The position numbers and the translations under genes were made by a program. Source: Eledone cirrhosa (Eukaryota). Taken from it: DNA of 64,000 nucleotides. Shown piece after piece: positions 16,099-28,700 of this stretch. The stretch covers positions 225,866,001-225,930,000 of the forward strand of contig OZ024743.1 in NCBI GenBank assembly GCA_964016885.1, given 5' to 3'. How positions within the stretch are numbered: the first letter of the stretch is position 1; each line of letters begins with the position of its first letter. The notes under the pieces were generated by a model that was given only the letters and a program-made list of their open reading frames with translations, searched no databases and was not told the origin of the DNA.

Positions 16099-16375
16099 TT
16101 AAGATTCTGTTTACCTTTCTCAATATTTTTCTGCGATTAATCACTAGTGTTGTTGATGTTGATGTTATCGTGTCCAGCCATGTTGTTTGTAGCAAATCTT
16201 TGTAAAGTGAATCAATTTTTTTAGATGGATATCTCTCCAATGTCGAATGAAAGATGTTTTCAATAAATATCACGAGAATAATAAACACTTATTTAACAAG
16301 GCTGGTGACTGTGGCGTTACTGTTGGAGATAGTATTCATCTTGTATGTAGGTATGTATGTATGTATGGATGTATG

Positions 16376-18390
16376 TTTTCTCTTTCTCTTAATTTCGAGT
16401 ATATTTTTTTGACCGGCCACCTTCCTGGTGGCAAGGTTGTAAAAGAAAAGAAATTGTCATCCCTTGAATCGCAAGAATGTTTTGCAAATTTTGAAGGTGC
16501 CAGCTATCGCAGCCATTTGCAGACTATGAATTAGGGAGCTGCGCTTTTTGTCCGCAAATCCAAGTTCAGTCATACTTTGGTCCAAGCGGGTTGGTATATA
16601 ACCCGTAGCACCAATAATGATGGGTATGAAGCTAAAGGTGTATCTTGGATACTGGATTTGTAAACTCCTCATCAATGGTCCGTAGATGTCCTCCTTTTCC
16701 TGTATTTTTCTGACAACGTTTACATCAAGTGGGCAGCTGATCTCCACAACAGAACACGTTTTCAATGTGTGGTCCCAAACTACAATATCAGGCCGGTTGT
16801 GCTTTAATTTGGTGGCAGTTTTTATTTTCAGGTTCCACCAGTATTCCTTAGTGCCATCTGTCTCAATATATTCTTCCTCGTTTGTTGTTAATTTTGTTTT
16901 CCGAAGTGCGTTCCAGATGGTTCTAGCTATCCCATCGTGTCTCATGGGGAGGTAGTAGCGAGATGACATTCTTTCGCAGCTGGCAACAATGTGGCTTACA
17001 TCCTCGATCTTTGTTTTACATAGCCTACATTTATTGTCAGCTGCTGGCCCTTCTCTTTTGTGCAGCAGATATTTGGTAGGGAGTTCTTGTTCCTGTATTG
17101 CATAGAGATATCCCTCAAGGTGTGATGTCATAAACTTGTCGGAACTCCATGCCAGGCTTTTTGAGTGGTTTATCCCCTCTATGGTCTGTGTTTTACGCCT
17201 CAAGTATCCATGCACAACTTTTTCTGTAAATTGGTCAATTTTCTTATCTTGTTTGAACATTGAATAGGATCTTCCGATTTCTCTGGGTGAGAGATTTATA
17301 TCAGGCTTTATTCCATATCTCTCCTCCAGATCAGTCGCTATTCTAATGATATTTCTTTTTTCATGCTCATAAACCTGGGCAAGATGGTTGCCAACCTTTT
17401 TCCTCTGTTGAAGGTGTTGCTTCAGTGTTACTATCCGGGTCTCATATGTTGTTAATATTGATTTTAGACCCCGGCCACCTTCCTTGCGTGAGAAGTATAG
17501 CCTATCCACATCACCATTGATGTTAAAGTTGCCAGTAACACAGAAGTTTTCGAGTTCTAACATCCATCTCACTTAGTTCTTGCAATGACCAGTTCAGTAG
17601 GCCAAATGTTGGCGTTAGAATTGGCACAGCATAAGTATTGTGGGCAATGTATTTGTTGTATGCTGACAGTTCTGATGACCATATTTTCTTTACTCTTCTG
17701 AGGTATTCAGTTCTGGTTCTCTCCTTATTTATGGGTCCATCATATCTGACATTCTCATCCTGTCCAAGATATCTGTAGTTGTCACCTGACTGCAGAGGTT
17801 GTATTGTCAGGCCGTTCATCTCTAGATTTCTAGAGGAGGGCACAGCTCTTCCACGTTTTACTGCCAAATATGCACACTTGGACTCACCAAATTTCATTTT
17901 GATGTCGGTTGAAAATTGTGTAATGAGGTCCAATTGTTTCTTGATGTCATTGATATTTGGCCCATACAACTTCAGGTCATCAACAAAGAAAAGATGGGAG
18001 ATACTTCTGGGCCCACTTCTTTGTCCACCTTGTTTCCTGAGTAGGTAAGATAGTGGATTCAGTGAGAGAACGAAGAGTAGCACTGACAAGCTATCATCCT
18101 GAAAGATGCCCTTCTGGTAATGTATCTTATCAGTCTTAACCTGCTCCTTCTCACCTCTAAGGATCAAATTGGTGTACCAGTTCTTGGTCAGGCGTTCAAC
18201 AGCAGCTACCAATGGTTGTGGGACTTTAGCTAACTGTAAAGCCTTAATAATCCACCCATGAGGTACACTATCAAATGCTTTTTGATAGTCCAGCCACACG
18301 ACAGTCATGTTTCTGCGATTCTTTGTTGTTTTTTCCTGAATCATTTTGTTAGTTAGTAGGTGATCTATGCAACCCCACACCTCCCTCTTT
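16376..18390 (-). mobile_element. 5'-truncated R4/Dong-clade non-LTR retrotransposon (family A): RT, CCHC finger and RLE endonuclease, one frameshift near 17540
   Basis: RT motifs WLDYQKAFDSVPH, GIFQDDSLS and HLFFVDDLKLY. C-terminal CRLC..EDVSHIVASC, RHD, RPDIVVWD..VVEISCP..KEDIY. Short 3' UTR. (TATG)n on both flanks. Confidence 0.93.
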
Positions 18391-18484
18391 CTATGTATGC
18401 ATGTATGTATGTATGTATGTATGTATGTATGTATGTATGTATGTATGTATGTATGTATGTATGTATGTATGTATGTATGTATGT

Positions 18485-19090
18485 CAGGTCACCAGTTGGT
18501 GCTACTGGTAACATGTATCCCAGTACAACCTTCTCATGGTCGGGTCGTTGGCGACTAAACTGGCAATCCCACCAAGGTTTCTTGGTGAGGAGGGTGACTT
18601 TGGACATCCTGCAGGACTAAAACCAAAACCTGTCAAAGGGCAAAGGAGCTCTTAAGAGTCAATGGCCATCCCAAATCGCCGGGAGAGATGACCCCTTAGC
18701 CTTTGTCAAGGCAGAATTCTAGGAGAAGGAAAACTCTGATATAACACCTGCAACCCTGATGGTATCCAATGATGTTGACTTGTTCTTCTTTTTGGTAAAT
18801 ATCATCTTTGTTAAGAGAGTGGGACTGGCTTTGTGCAGTGCCTTTGCTCACTATAAAAGCTTCACAGAACAGGCATTGCTATATATCTGGAGATCTCTCT
18901 GCACTTGTCGTCACATGGTACCATGGGCCCAGCACTATGTGTCAATAGTTGTCACAAGTGTAGTGTTTGTACCAGAGTTTTCAAGTCGCTGGCTGGACTA
19001 AAAAGTCACACTTGTTCAGCGCATCGGTAGGGGTTCTCCTACATGGTTATAAAGTAGTGGCCGTACTCGAAAACGAGTTGGCAGCCACCA
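18485..19090 (+). mobile_element. Bipartite non-autonomous RTE derivative (RTE-type 5' UTR fused to an RTE 3' end) with (TGTA)n tail
   Basis: The 5' part has the RTE 5'-UTR motif ctaggagaaggaaaactctga. The 3' part (18826-19090) is nearly identical to 21426-21676 and encodes HKCSVCTRVFKSLAGLKSH, like the RTE C-terminus at 34.7/35.4 kb. Confidence 0.7.
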
Positions 19091-19140
19091 TGTATGTATG
19101 TATGTATGTATGTATGTATGTATGTATGTATGTATGTATG

Positions 19141-19293
19141 TTTCTCTTTCTCTTAATTTTGAACACATTTTTGACTGGCCACCCTCCTGGTGGCAAGGTT
19201 GTTAAAGAAAAGAAATTGTCATCCCTTGAATCGCAGGAATGTTTTGCAAATTTTGAAGGTGCCAGTTATCGCAGCCATTTGTAGTTTATGAAT
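19141..19293 (-). mobile_element. Short 3'-end copy of R4 family A
   Basis: Closely matches 16376-16532 with several substitutions. The 3' end abuts (CATA)n. Confidence 0.9.
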
Positions 19294-19304
19294 TATATAT
19301 GTAT

Positions 19305-20620
19305 GTTCTTCTGGTTTTATAATTTCACAATTTTTTTCCCAATAGAGAGAGAGTCGGTTTCTAACATAGACACAAGACTCTCTCATTGGAATTTACACAA
19401 CACCAACTAGGTAGATATGTATGCATGCCTGCATGTATGCATGTGTAGATATGGATGTTATTGTATGTGTGGATGTGTATGTTTTGAGTTGTATGTGTGC
19501 ATGTGTATATGCAGATTTCTCATCAGTTCTGCATAAATGTTCTCATTTTCGCTAATCTTTGATATTATATTGGCATCTGCTGGGCAGCTAATTTCCACTA
19601 CTGTGCATGTTTTCTTCTCCCTGTCCCATATCATAATATCTGGTCTGTTATGCCTGCATTTTATTGGGGTTTTAAATACCAAATAGGTAGATATGTATGC
19701 ATGCCTGCATGCATGCATGTGTAGATATGGATGTTATTGTATGTGTGGATGTGTATGTTTTGAGTTGTATGTGTGCATGTGTATATGCTTTGTATCTGTA
19801 CATGTGTATATGCAGTTATTAGATGCAAACTATTTGGAATGTTTTACATATTTTTACTGTTCCATTAATGGATTGTACTTGTAATTTCCTAACTAGCTGT
19901 GTTATTTCTGTTCCTGTGAAGTCTAGCTTCTCAAGATTTGTATTGAGGCAGTTACTAACATACCCCAGTGACCCAATAACCACAGGCATAAATATGAAGG
20001 TATAGTCAGGGTGGAGTATCTGCAGATTTCTCATCAGTTCTGCATAAATATTCTCATTTTCGCTAATCTTTTATATTATATTGGCATCTGCTGGGCAGCT
20101 AATTTCCACTACTGTGCATGTTTTCTTCTCCCTGTCCCATCTCATAATATCTGGTCTGTTATGCCTGCATTTCATTGGGTTTTTTCTCAAACATTCCACC
20201 AGTACTCTTTCATATTATGTACATGGATGTCTTCCACATTGCTGTAGCTTTTAATGTGTTTATTATCGGGGCTATCTTTTTTACGGATTGCATTGCACAG
20301 TGTTTTGGCCACTACATCATGCCTCAGGTAGATAGTACCGCCATTACATCTTTGGACAGCTGCTTATGACATGGGTGATATCTTCGATGTTAGTTCTGCA
20401 AAGTCTGCACTTGTTATCACATCTAGGTGTTTTGCCTGCATCACTATCTCTTTTGTGAATCAGGTATTTCGTGTTAATTTCCTGTTCTGGGATTGCAAAA
20501 GAGTATCCCTCAAAGTGGGAGCCAATATAGCGGTTGTTGGTCCAAGATAGACTACTTTCCTTATCTATATTTCTCTCACTCTGGAGCTTCCTGGCAACAT
20601 ATCCATGTATGATTTTTTTG
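19305..20620 (-). mobile_element. R4/Dong-clade LINE family B, 3' portion (RLE domain), internally rearranged/duplicated
   Basis: Peptides HFEGYSFAIPEQEINTKYL, CRLCRTNIEDITHVISSC, RPDIMIWD..VVEISCPAD and VKICKTF. 19388-19510 is repeated at 19685-19815. 19510-19672 is repeated near 20020-20183. Confidence 0.85.
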
Positions 20621-20646
20621 TTGATGTATGTATGTATGTATATATG

Positions 20647-21306
20647 TTTTCTCTTTCTCTTAATTTTGAGTATATTTTTTGACCGGCCACCTTCCTGGTG
20701 GCAAGGTTGTAAAAGAAAAGAAATTGTCATCCCTTGAATCGCAAGAATGTTTTGCAAATTTTGAAGGTGCCAGCTATCGCAGCCATTTGTAGACTATGAA
20801 TTAGGGAGCTGCGCTTTTTGTCCGCAAATCCAAGTTCAGTCATACTTTGGTCCAAGCGGGTTGGTATATAACCCGTAGCACCAATAATGATGGGTATGAA
20901 GCTAAAGGTGTATCTTGGATACTGGATTTGTAAACTCCTCATCAATGGTCCGTAGATGTCCTCCTTCTCCTGTATTTTTCTGACAACGTTTACATCAAGT
21001 GGGCAGCTGATCTCCACAACAGAACACGTTTTCAATGTGTGGTCCCAAACTACAATATCAGGCCGGTTGTGCTTTAATTTGGTGGCAGTTTTTATTTTCA
21101 GGTTCCACCAGTATTCCTTAGTGCCATCTGTCTCAATATATTCTTCCTCGTTTGTTGTTAATTTTGTTTTCCGAAGTGCGTTCCAGATGGTTCTAGCTAT
21201 CCCATCGTGTCTCATGGGGAGGTAGTAGCGAGATGACATTCTTTCGCAGCTGGCAACAATGTGGCTTACATCCTCGATCTTTGTTTTACATAGCCTACAT
21301 TTATTG
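20647..21306 (-). mobile_element. 3' 660 bp of R4 family A, almost identical to 16376-17036
   Basis: Identical translated RLE C-terminus (NKCRLC...KTFLRFKG). TATG repeats on both sides. Confidence 0.93.
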
Positions 21307-21425
21307 TATGTATGTATGTATGTATGTATGTATGTATGTATGTATGTATGTATGTATGTATGTATGTATGTATGTATGTATGTATGTATGCATGTATGTA
21401 TGTTTGTATATATGTATGTATGTAT

Positions 21426-21676
21426 GGCTTTGTGCAGTGCCTTTGCTTCACAGCTCAGGCATTGCTTTATATCTGGAGATCTCTCTGCACTTGTCGTCAC
21501 ATGGTACTATGGGCCCAGCACTATGTGTCAATAATTGTCACAAGTGTAGTGTTTGTACCAGAGTTTTCAAGTCGCTGGCTGGACTAAAAAGTCACACTCG
21601 TTCAGCGCATGGGTAGGGGTTCTCCTACATGGATATAAAGTAGTGGCCGTACTCGAAAACGAGTTGGCAGCCACCA
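21426..21676 (+). mobile_element. 5'-truncated RTE 3' end encoding a C2H2 finger, with (TGTA)n tail
   Basis: HKCSVCTRVFKSLAGLKSHTRSAHG*, then ...ctcgaaaacgagttggcagccacca(tgta)n. Confidence 0.8.
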
Positions 21677-21790
21677 TGTATGTATGTATGTATGTATGTA
21701 TGTATGTATGTATGTGTGTATGAATGTATGTATGTATGTATGAATGTATGTATGTATGTATATGTATATATGTATGTATGTTTGTATATA

Positions 21791-21846
<56 letters not shown>

Positions 21847-22844
21847 TGTGTGTGTGTCTGTGTGTGTGTGTGTGTGTGTGGTTGTGGAGGGGGCGTTGTG
21901 TGAGCGTGTGCGTGCATTTTCGAGTCCCGTAATTTGGTGGTTTGGTATAAAAGTTCGATAAAATAAGTAACAGATTTGATAAAAAAAATGTACTGAGGTC
22001 GAAATGATCGACTAAATCCCTTTAAAGTCAGACCCCAGCATGGTCGCTCTCTAATGATAATTATCTCATGAGAAATGTCTTTTTTTTTAGACTTAATTTT
22101 TTTCACGAAATGATTATAGTTCAAATACTTCAACTATATCTACATTAGATGTTCTTAATATACGTGTGCTTTTGCATACATATTCATTATCTAATTAATT
22201 ATGTTGCCAAATGAATGCCCCCCATGCAAGTGATGGTAGGGGGGTCAGTGACTGAAACCAATAAAAGAAAAAAACATAGAATTGTGCCTACGTTAGAAAT
22301 CCTTAAAATTAAAAAGGCATGGCAGAATTGATAGAACACTTGATTCTTAAACTGAGCGTTGTGTTCGGTTTTTGAGCAAAATACTTTATTTTCACTTTGC
22401 TTATTGGCTCAGCATAGGCGAGCAGCAGATAGTATTAGCATTGGAAAACAAACAGGAACAATGTTTCCTTGGGACAATCTAACGATCGTCTTCTTTCTTT
22501 TTATTTTCAATGAACTCAGTTAAAATATGCTGAAGGGAGTTTTACATTTGGAGTCAATTAAATTTGTACCAGTCTTCTTATGTATAATTCGATTAGAAAT
22601 GACTGGCCTTCTGCCAATCTGAGATAGTGTTGTCGTTGTGTTTGTTGTTTTTGTGTTTGTTGTTGCTATTGCGTTTGCTGGTGCAGTTATATTAGTTGTT
22701 GCTGTTGAGGTTGTTGTTGAGTTTGTTGTTGTTGTTGCTGTTCTGGTTTATATTACTGTTGTTTATTTCTAATATCTCTAGATTATTAAGATACAGAGAA
22801 ATAGATTTCAAAGATACAGAATAGTCAGCAAAAAACGTTTGAAG

Positions 22845-22960
22845 TTTGTCCATAGCCCAGAGGCTCTACAGACCGCTGCTTATACCGGTTTGCACGGCGT
22901 TAAGCGACTGAGAAGTCAAGACTTACCCCTGAACAGGAACCTATCCATCGCAGGATTAAA
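22845..22960 (-). mobile_element. SINE body fragment (cctgcgatgga...cagggg domain)
   Basis: The minus strand has aatcctgcgatggatagg...caggggtaagtc...cagtcgcttaacgcc, resembling a conserved metazoan SINE domain (from recall). Confidence 0.4.
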
Positions 22961-23760
22961 TGCCCCTCTCTATATCAATTAACAGCAAACTCCCACCGCT
23001 ATATATCTACTACACGGAACACTCTTTCAATCCCCCTTTCTATATCAATTAACAGCAAACTCTCCCTCTCTCTGTATCTAATACACGGTACTCACTTCCA
23101 ATCTCCCCTCTCTATATCAATTAACACAAAACTCTCCGCCTCTCTATATCTACCACGTGGAGCTCTCTTACAACCCCCTTTTCTATATAAAAAACATCAA
23201 TCTCTCCCCCCCCCCTCTCTAAATCTAATATACAACAGAGTCTCACAAATCCCCTCACTATATCAATTACCACCAAAGTATCCCCCTCTCTATATCTACC
23301 ATACAACACTCCCTCTCATTCTCTCTCACTCTATTCATTACCACCAAACTCATCACTCTCTATATCTACTACATGGTGCTCCCTTCCAATCCCCCTCTCT
23401 AAATGAATTAACACCAAACTCTCCACCTCTCTATATCTAATATATAACACACTCTTCCAACATCCCTCTATATATCAATTACCCCCCCTCCCCTTCTATA
23501 TCCACCATAAAACACTCTCTCTCATTCTCTTTCACTCTATCACTACCAAATTCCCCCCCTCTCTGTATCTATCAATACCTATCATTATCAATCCTCTCAC
23601 TCTATTCCTCAACACAAAACTCTCCCCACTCTCTATATCTGCTACACGGAACTCTCTTCGAATAACAATCTATATATCGATAAACATCAATCTCTCCCCA
23701 TCTCTATATCTAATATACAACACACTCTCCCAACCTTCCTCTCTATATCAATTACCACTT
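22961..23760 (+). repeat. Degenerate ~70-bp CT-rich tandem array directly upstream of the Tx1 ORF1
   Basis: About 11 copies of ctctctatatcaattaac..caaactc...tctatatcta. Confidence 0.75.
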
Positions 23761-23817
23761 GATATAGACGTGATTTACTTTGCTCCGGATTCTTACGGAT
23801 TGTTGTAAAAAAAAACT

Positions 23818-25719
23818 GTGAGTTTATTGATCAATTTAATAACATTGTTTGGTTTAGCCCCTTGCCTTGGCCGTCAGACGTTAAGTCAACAAATTTTCGC
23901 CCCTTTCTGGGGCGAAATTTTCAATTTTCATCTAAAAACTGTAGACTTGGTGGCAATGGATGCCATTTCCACCTCGCACACTGTCGTGAGTGCCACGCCC
24001 ACTAAGAAAAGTGGTGGAGGGAAGGTAGGAGTACAAAGCTTGCAGCCGTCCCCCTTCGTATCATCGAAAAACGTGGAAAATATCGAAACCGCGAAACCAA
24101 ACCCGGTAAATAATACCAGCACCAACAACAAGAACAATGACAACAACACCACAACCAACAACTGCAACAATAGCAACACCAATATTACCAACAGTGACAG
24201 TAACACGAAAGACAACAACACCAAAACAACATTTGCACAGACCGTAAAAAAAAACGAACTATACACGCCAATAGACATAACAAATGCTAAACAACTATTA
24301 CAAGACGCAAAACAATTCGTGACTTTTGGCGAAAACGGTGCTTTTAGCATCAATTCTCCACATGAATTACGTAGAGAGGCTGTCCTGAAAACTGTGGTTT
24401 TCAGGACAATATCGAACGTAACAAGAAAACCAGCTCAATTATCACAAGATGAATTTGAGCTGGTTCTAAAAGACGCAATGAAGGACTTAACCTTCATACA
24501 AAAAGGTAAACTGTTTGGTAGCATTTCGGTGCTGATGAACAACCAGTCAACAGCTCAAAAGTACTCGATAGCACCCATTGTGTCCCCCCCACTTCACCTT
24601 TTACCCCACATACAGGGGAAAAAGGACACAAAGAATAAAAATAATGAGTATCACACCAAATGTAAACATTTGGTGGATACTATGTGGAATAATAAACTTT
24701 GACGAAGACAAGATCATTTCAATAGGAAAGTCCTCCGGAGGCGTATTTGGTGGGACCACCGTAGAAGTTCTGGTGCAAATGAGCCCAGAACGAATAGCGA
24801 ATATCCCACAACGCGTGCCTCTGGACGGGCTAACTTATATAAACATTTCAGTGGAGGGAAGGCGGCCGTCATGTTACCACTGCTTAAGCAGGGGTCACCT
24901 GAGGGCTGCCTGTCCTCAATTAACGAGTAAAAAAAAAAAGGCTCTTCTGCCAACCCCCAACACAACAACACAACCACCACCACCACCACAACAACACGGA
25001 AAAATAACAACACAAAACACTGTTCCACCCAACCCCTCCCCACCTAAAACAAATACAAAAGCAACCACAACAAAACCCCAAAATATACCCCTCCCCAACA
25101 ACACGGAAGAGGACTCCGTATCAACGTCACCCAGTGACGACGAGGGAGAACCCTTTCAACAGGTGAAGAAAAAAAAAGGCACCACATTAACAAAAATGCC
25201 ACAAACACACAACCACCAGCACAAACAGAACAAACATCACACATAAAAAAACCCACCCCTCCCCAAAACATAACACGTACTATAAAACGCAAACACCCGC
25301 AAGAACAACAAACAAAAACAAACACAACACAACAAAAACTCTATACATACATTAACAAGAACAATAAAACGTTGATGAAAGCGATAGAAAATAACCCTTC
25401 GGTGGAAACCGAAGGGATCACTTTCACCTACGCAGCGAACAAACCGCACCTAATGATGATTAGGGTCCCAACGGAAGCCTATGTAACTTTGAAAAAGAAC
25501 CATCCAATGCATATGGGGACCAACTGCACCAAACCACATAACAGCGTCCTATTGAGATGTTTCCCCACCCCCACACCAGACACCCACACCCCACCAAACA
25601 CCCTAATCCCACCACACACTGACGTCGTCACCCCACCACAAACCACCACCCCACCAAACAACCCTTCCAACACCCCCATGGAAATTGTGCAGCCTGGTCC
25701 CCAGGAGACGAAGAGGTAA
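23818..25719 (+). pseudogene. Tx1/L1 ORF1 (gag-like, CCHC zinc knuckle), frameshifted
   Basis: Overlapping ORFs 23818-24702, 24578-25246 and 25372-25719. Contains CYHCLSRGHLRAAC (CX2CX4HX4C) and lies directly upstream of ORF2. Confidence 0.8.
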
Positions 25720-25757
25720 TTTCCTTTCCTCTTCCTTTTTACCTCTTCAGCACCAAC

Positions 25758-28700
25758 ATGGCCAATATAAGAGTTGGATGTGTGAATGTACGCGACTTGG
25801 GGATGTCCTGGAAACAGGGCAAACTCTTAAATGACCTCAGGTCGCACAGAGTGGATGTAATGGTTATTTGCGAGTCCAGGATCAGCAGCGAGCGCCAACT
25901 GGCCCCCATCTTCGACGACTTTGAGATCTACGCATCTCTCTGTCAGCCGAGGGGTGGGGGTGGGGTTGTCGTTCTGCTGCGAAAATACCTGGGTCTTGCC
26001 ACACAGAAGGTACACCTGGACCCGGAGGGTCGACTGGTGGTTTTAGACGTCGGCAGTGGTGAAGGAGCTTTTAGGCTGGTGGCAGCGTATGCCCCATCGG
26101 GGATACCTCGACCGGACTTCTTCCGACGCCTGGAGAATTTCCTGGGAACGTCTCGCTCCTTGCTTTTAGTGGGGGACTGGAATGGTATCCTGGATGCACG
26201 TTGGGACTATGTAGGGGCATGTCCTGATAGAGGGGGGTGTAACAGCCTTAAACGATTAATCGGCCGATTTGATCTGGCCGATAGATATCGACTGGATTTT
26301 CCGACTGTGCCACGGTGGACGTGGAGTAATCGCAGCGGAACATCCAGGTCGTACCTAGATAGGTTCCTAGTTAGAAATAAGGATAGGGACATATTAAGCT
26401 GTCCACGAATGTTCATGGTTGACTATTCGGATCACAAGTTGTTGACCGGAGTGGTCAACCTTGATAGAACTCATAGACAGGGACCCGGTTACTGGAAGCT
26501 AAACTTGTCTTTACCGACAAACAAAGCTTACAGTAAACGGATTAGCACACTAGTTAAGCAGCGTTTGACGGGGGCAATTGTCAACAACAGGTGGTGGGGG
26601 CTCTCTCAAGAGAGAAATTAGAATAGAATCGATAGGTTTTAGTCGGGAATTAGCATCAGATAGGAATAGAACTGAAAGGGAATTAACAAATAGAGTAGAA
26701 GAGGCGATTAGGAGTGGCAACGTGGCCGGCGTGCTGGCGTCAAGAACGGCCCTAGACCAGTTCTTTGATGCGAAGCACGAGGGCTGCGTTGTCAGGAGTA
26801 AAATACGTGCTCTGCGTAACGAGGGAGCCAAAGCTGTTAGCTGGGCCCGAGTGACAGAGGCAAAAAGTGGAAACAAGTCCACGATTCGGTCTTTGAAGGA
26901 CCAGGATGGACGCGTGATCCTTGAATCTGAGCGGATGAGCGCGGCCTTTCAACAGCGCTTTGCACGACTGTTCGGGAGGGGCGGCGGGCCGGGTGGGGCC
27001 ATGGATTTCGGTCCATACCTCGACGGTCTGGCGCGGCTCTAGGACGGGGAGGCGAAGTCCTGCGAGAGGCCGATTTCAGCCGCTGAAATAGGGGAAGCGC
27101 TGAGCCAATGTGGCAAACGCAAATCTCCGGGTCTCGATGGTCTACCATACGAACTTTATGTAGCGATGCCGGGCTTGTTCACCGGTCTCCTCGAGGCGGT
27201 CTACTGCAACTGGCAACAGAACGGGAGAATTCCCAGTTCTGTGACCAAGGGCGTAGTCACGCTGGTGAGGAAGGACGAGAACAAGGGGGATGACATAGAT
27301 AACTTCAGGCCCATAACTCTGCTAAACACAGAGTTAAAGATTTTGGCCAAGGTGTTAGCGAAGAGGTTGGCGCTTGTCGTCGGGAAGCTGGTGGGAGAAG
27401 CGCAGACATGCGCAATCCCGTCCAGGTCCATACACGACAACCTCCACCTCATGCGATACATCGTAGAGAGGGTAGGGAACGAACCCGGCTTTGGTGGGGC
27501 CCTGATCAACTTGGATCAATCTAAAGCGTTCGATAGGGTTGACCATCGGTACCTGGATGCGGTGCTCGCGGCGGCAGGCTTCGGACCTGTTTTCAGGGGC
27601 TGGATTGCTGCAATGCACAGCAGCAACACCTGCTCGAGGGTCAAGGTGAACGGCTACCTCTCGGAGCCGTTCCAAATCACGCGATCCATTCAACAGGGAT
27701 GCCCTCTCTCCTACCTCCTCTATGTGCTGGCTCTCGAGCCACTACTGAGGAAGATGGAGCTGTTGCAGGGCATCCCCTTGGAACCGGGATTGCGGAAAGC
27801 GGTGTCGGCCTACGCCGATAACGTGACAGTAATGGTGTCGTGCGCCTCGGAAATCGGGCAGATCGGCACCTTACTAGAGGAATATAAAAGGTTCACAGGA
27901 GCCAAGTTGAACCGGGACAAGTCCGTCGGTTTGCAACTCGGGACGTGGAGGGGAAAAACGATGCCCTCCGACGGCATCGTCGGACGCTGGACGGAGGGAC
28001 CGGTGAGCTGCTCGGGGTCTGGTTCGGACCGGACCTCCAGGTGGAGAAAAACTGGGACGAGGTAACGGGCAAGGTGTTTGCACTCGCCCAGAAGTGGGCC
28101 GAGTGCAAACTATCCCTGAAAGGTCGAGCGGAGGTGGTGAACGCTTATATAGCGTCCGTCATCTACTACCGCTTGACCGTCGTGCCTTGCCCAGAGTAAA
28201 CACTCGCCAAAATGGAGCGCGCGCTCTTCTGATTTCTTTGGAAGAAGCGGGCTCCTTTGGTGTGAAGATCCATCTGCTGTCAACACCCTTCGAACGGAGG
28301 GCGGGGGATGCCGTGGCTGACGATGCGTAGACACGCATTAAGGCTACGGCACCTCCAGTTATTCCTCACCGGTCAGCCGGTGTGGGCCCTGTTTGTGAGG
28401 CGAGCCTTTCCGAGACTCGTCTCACTCACCGAGCTGCAATCCTGGGTCAAGCAAAGACCGAGAAAAGTGGGCGACTGGCACATTGAATGTGCCCAGGCGC
28501 TCACGGCCCTCTGGCAAGCGGATCCGGCAATCAGTAGAGACTCAACCTCAACATTCTATAGAGGGTTGGTGCGCAGTAAGTGCGACGACGCTCTCGGAGA
28601 GGCTCTGGGCATGGAGGAAGACGAGCTGGCCAGTCTGTTCGGTAGGACGTTTGGCCCGGGACCGATGGACAACTTCCAAAAGTCCCTGGCTTGGCAATGT

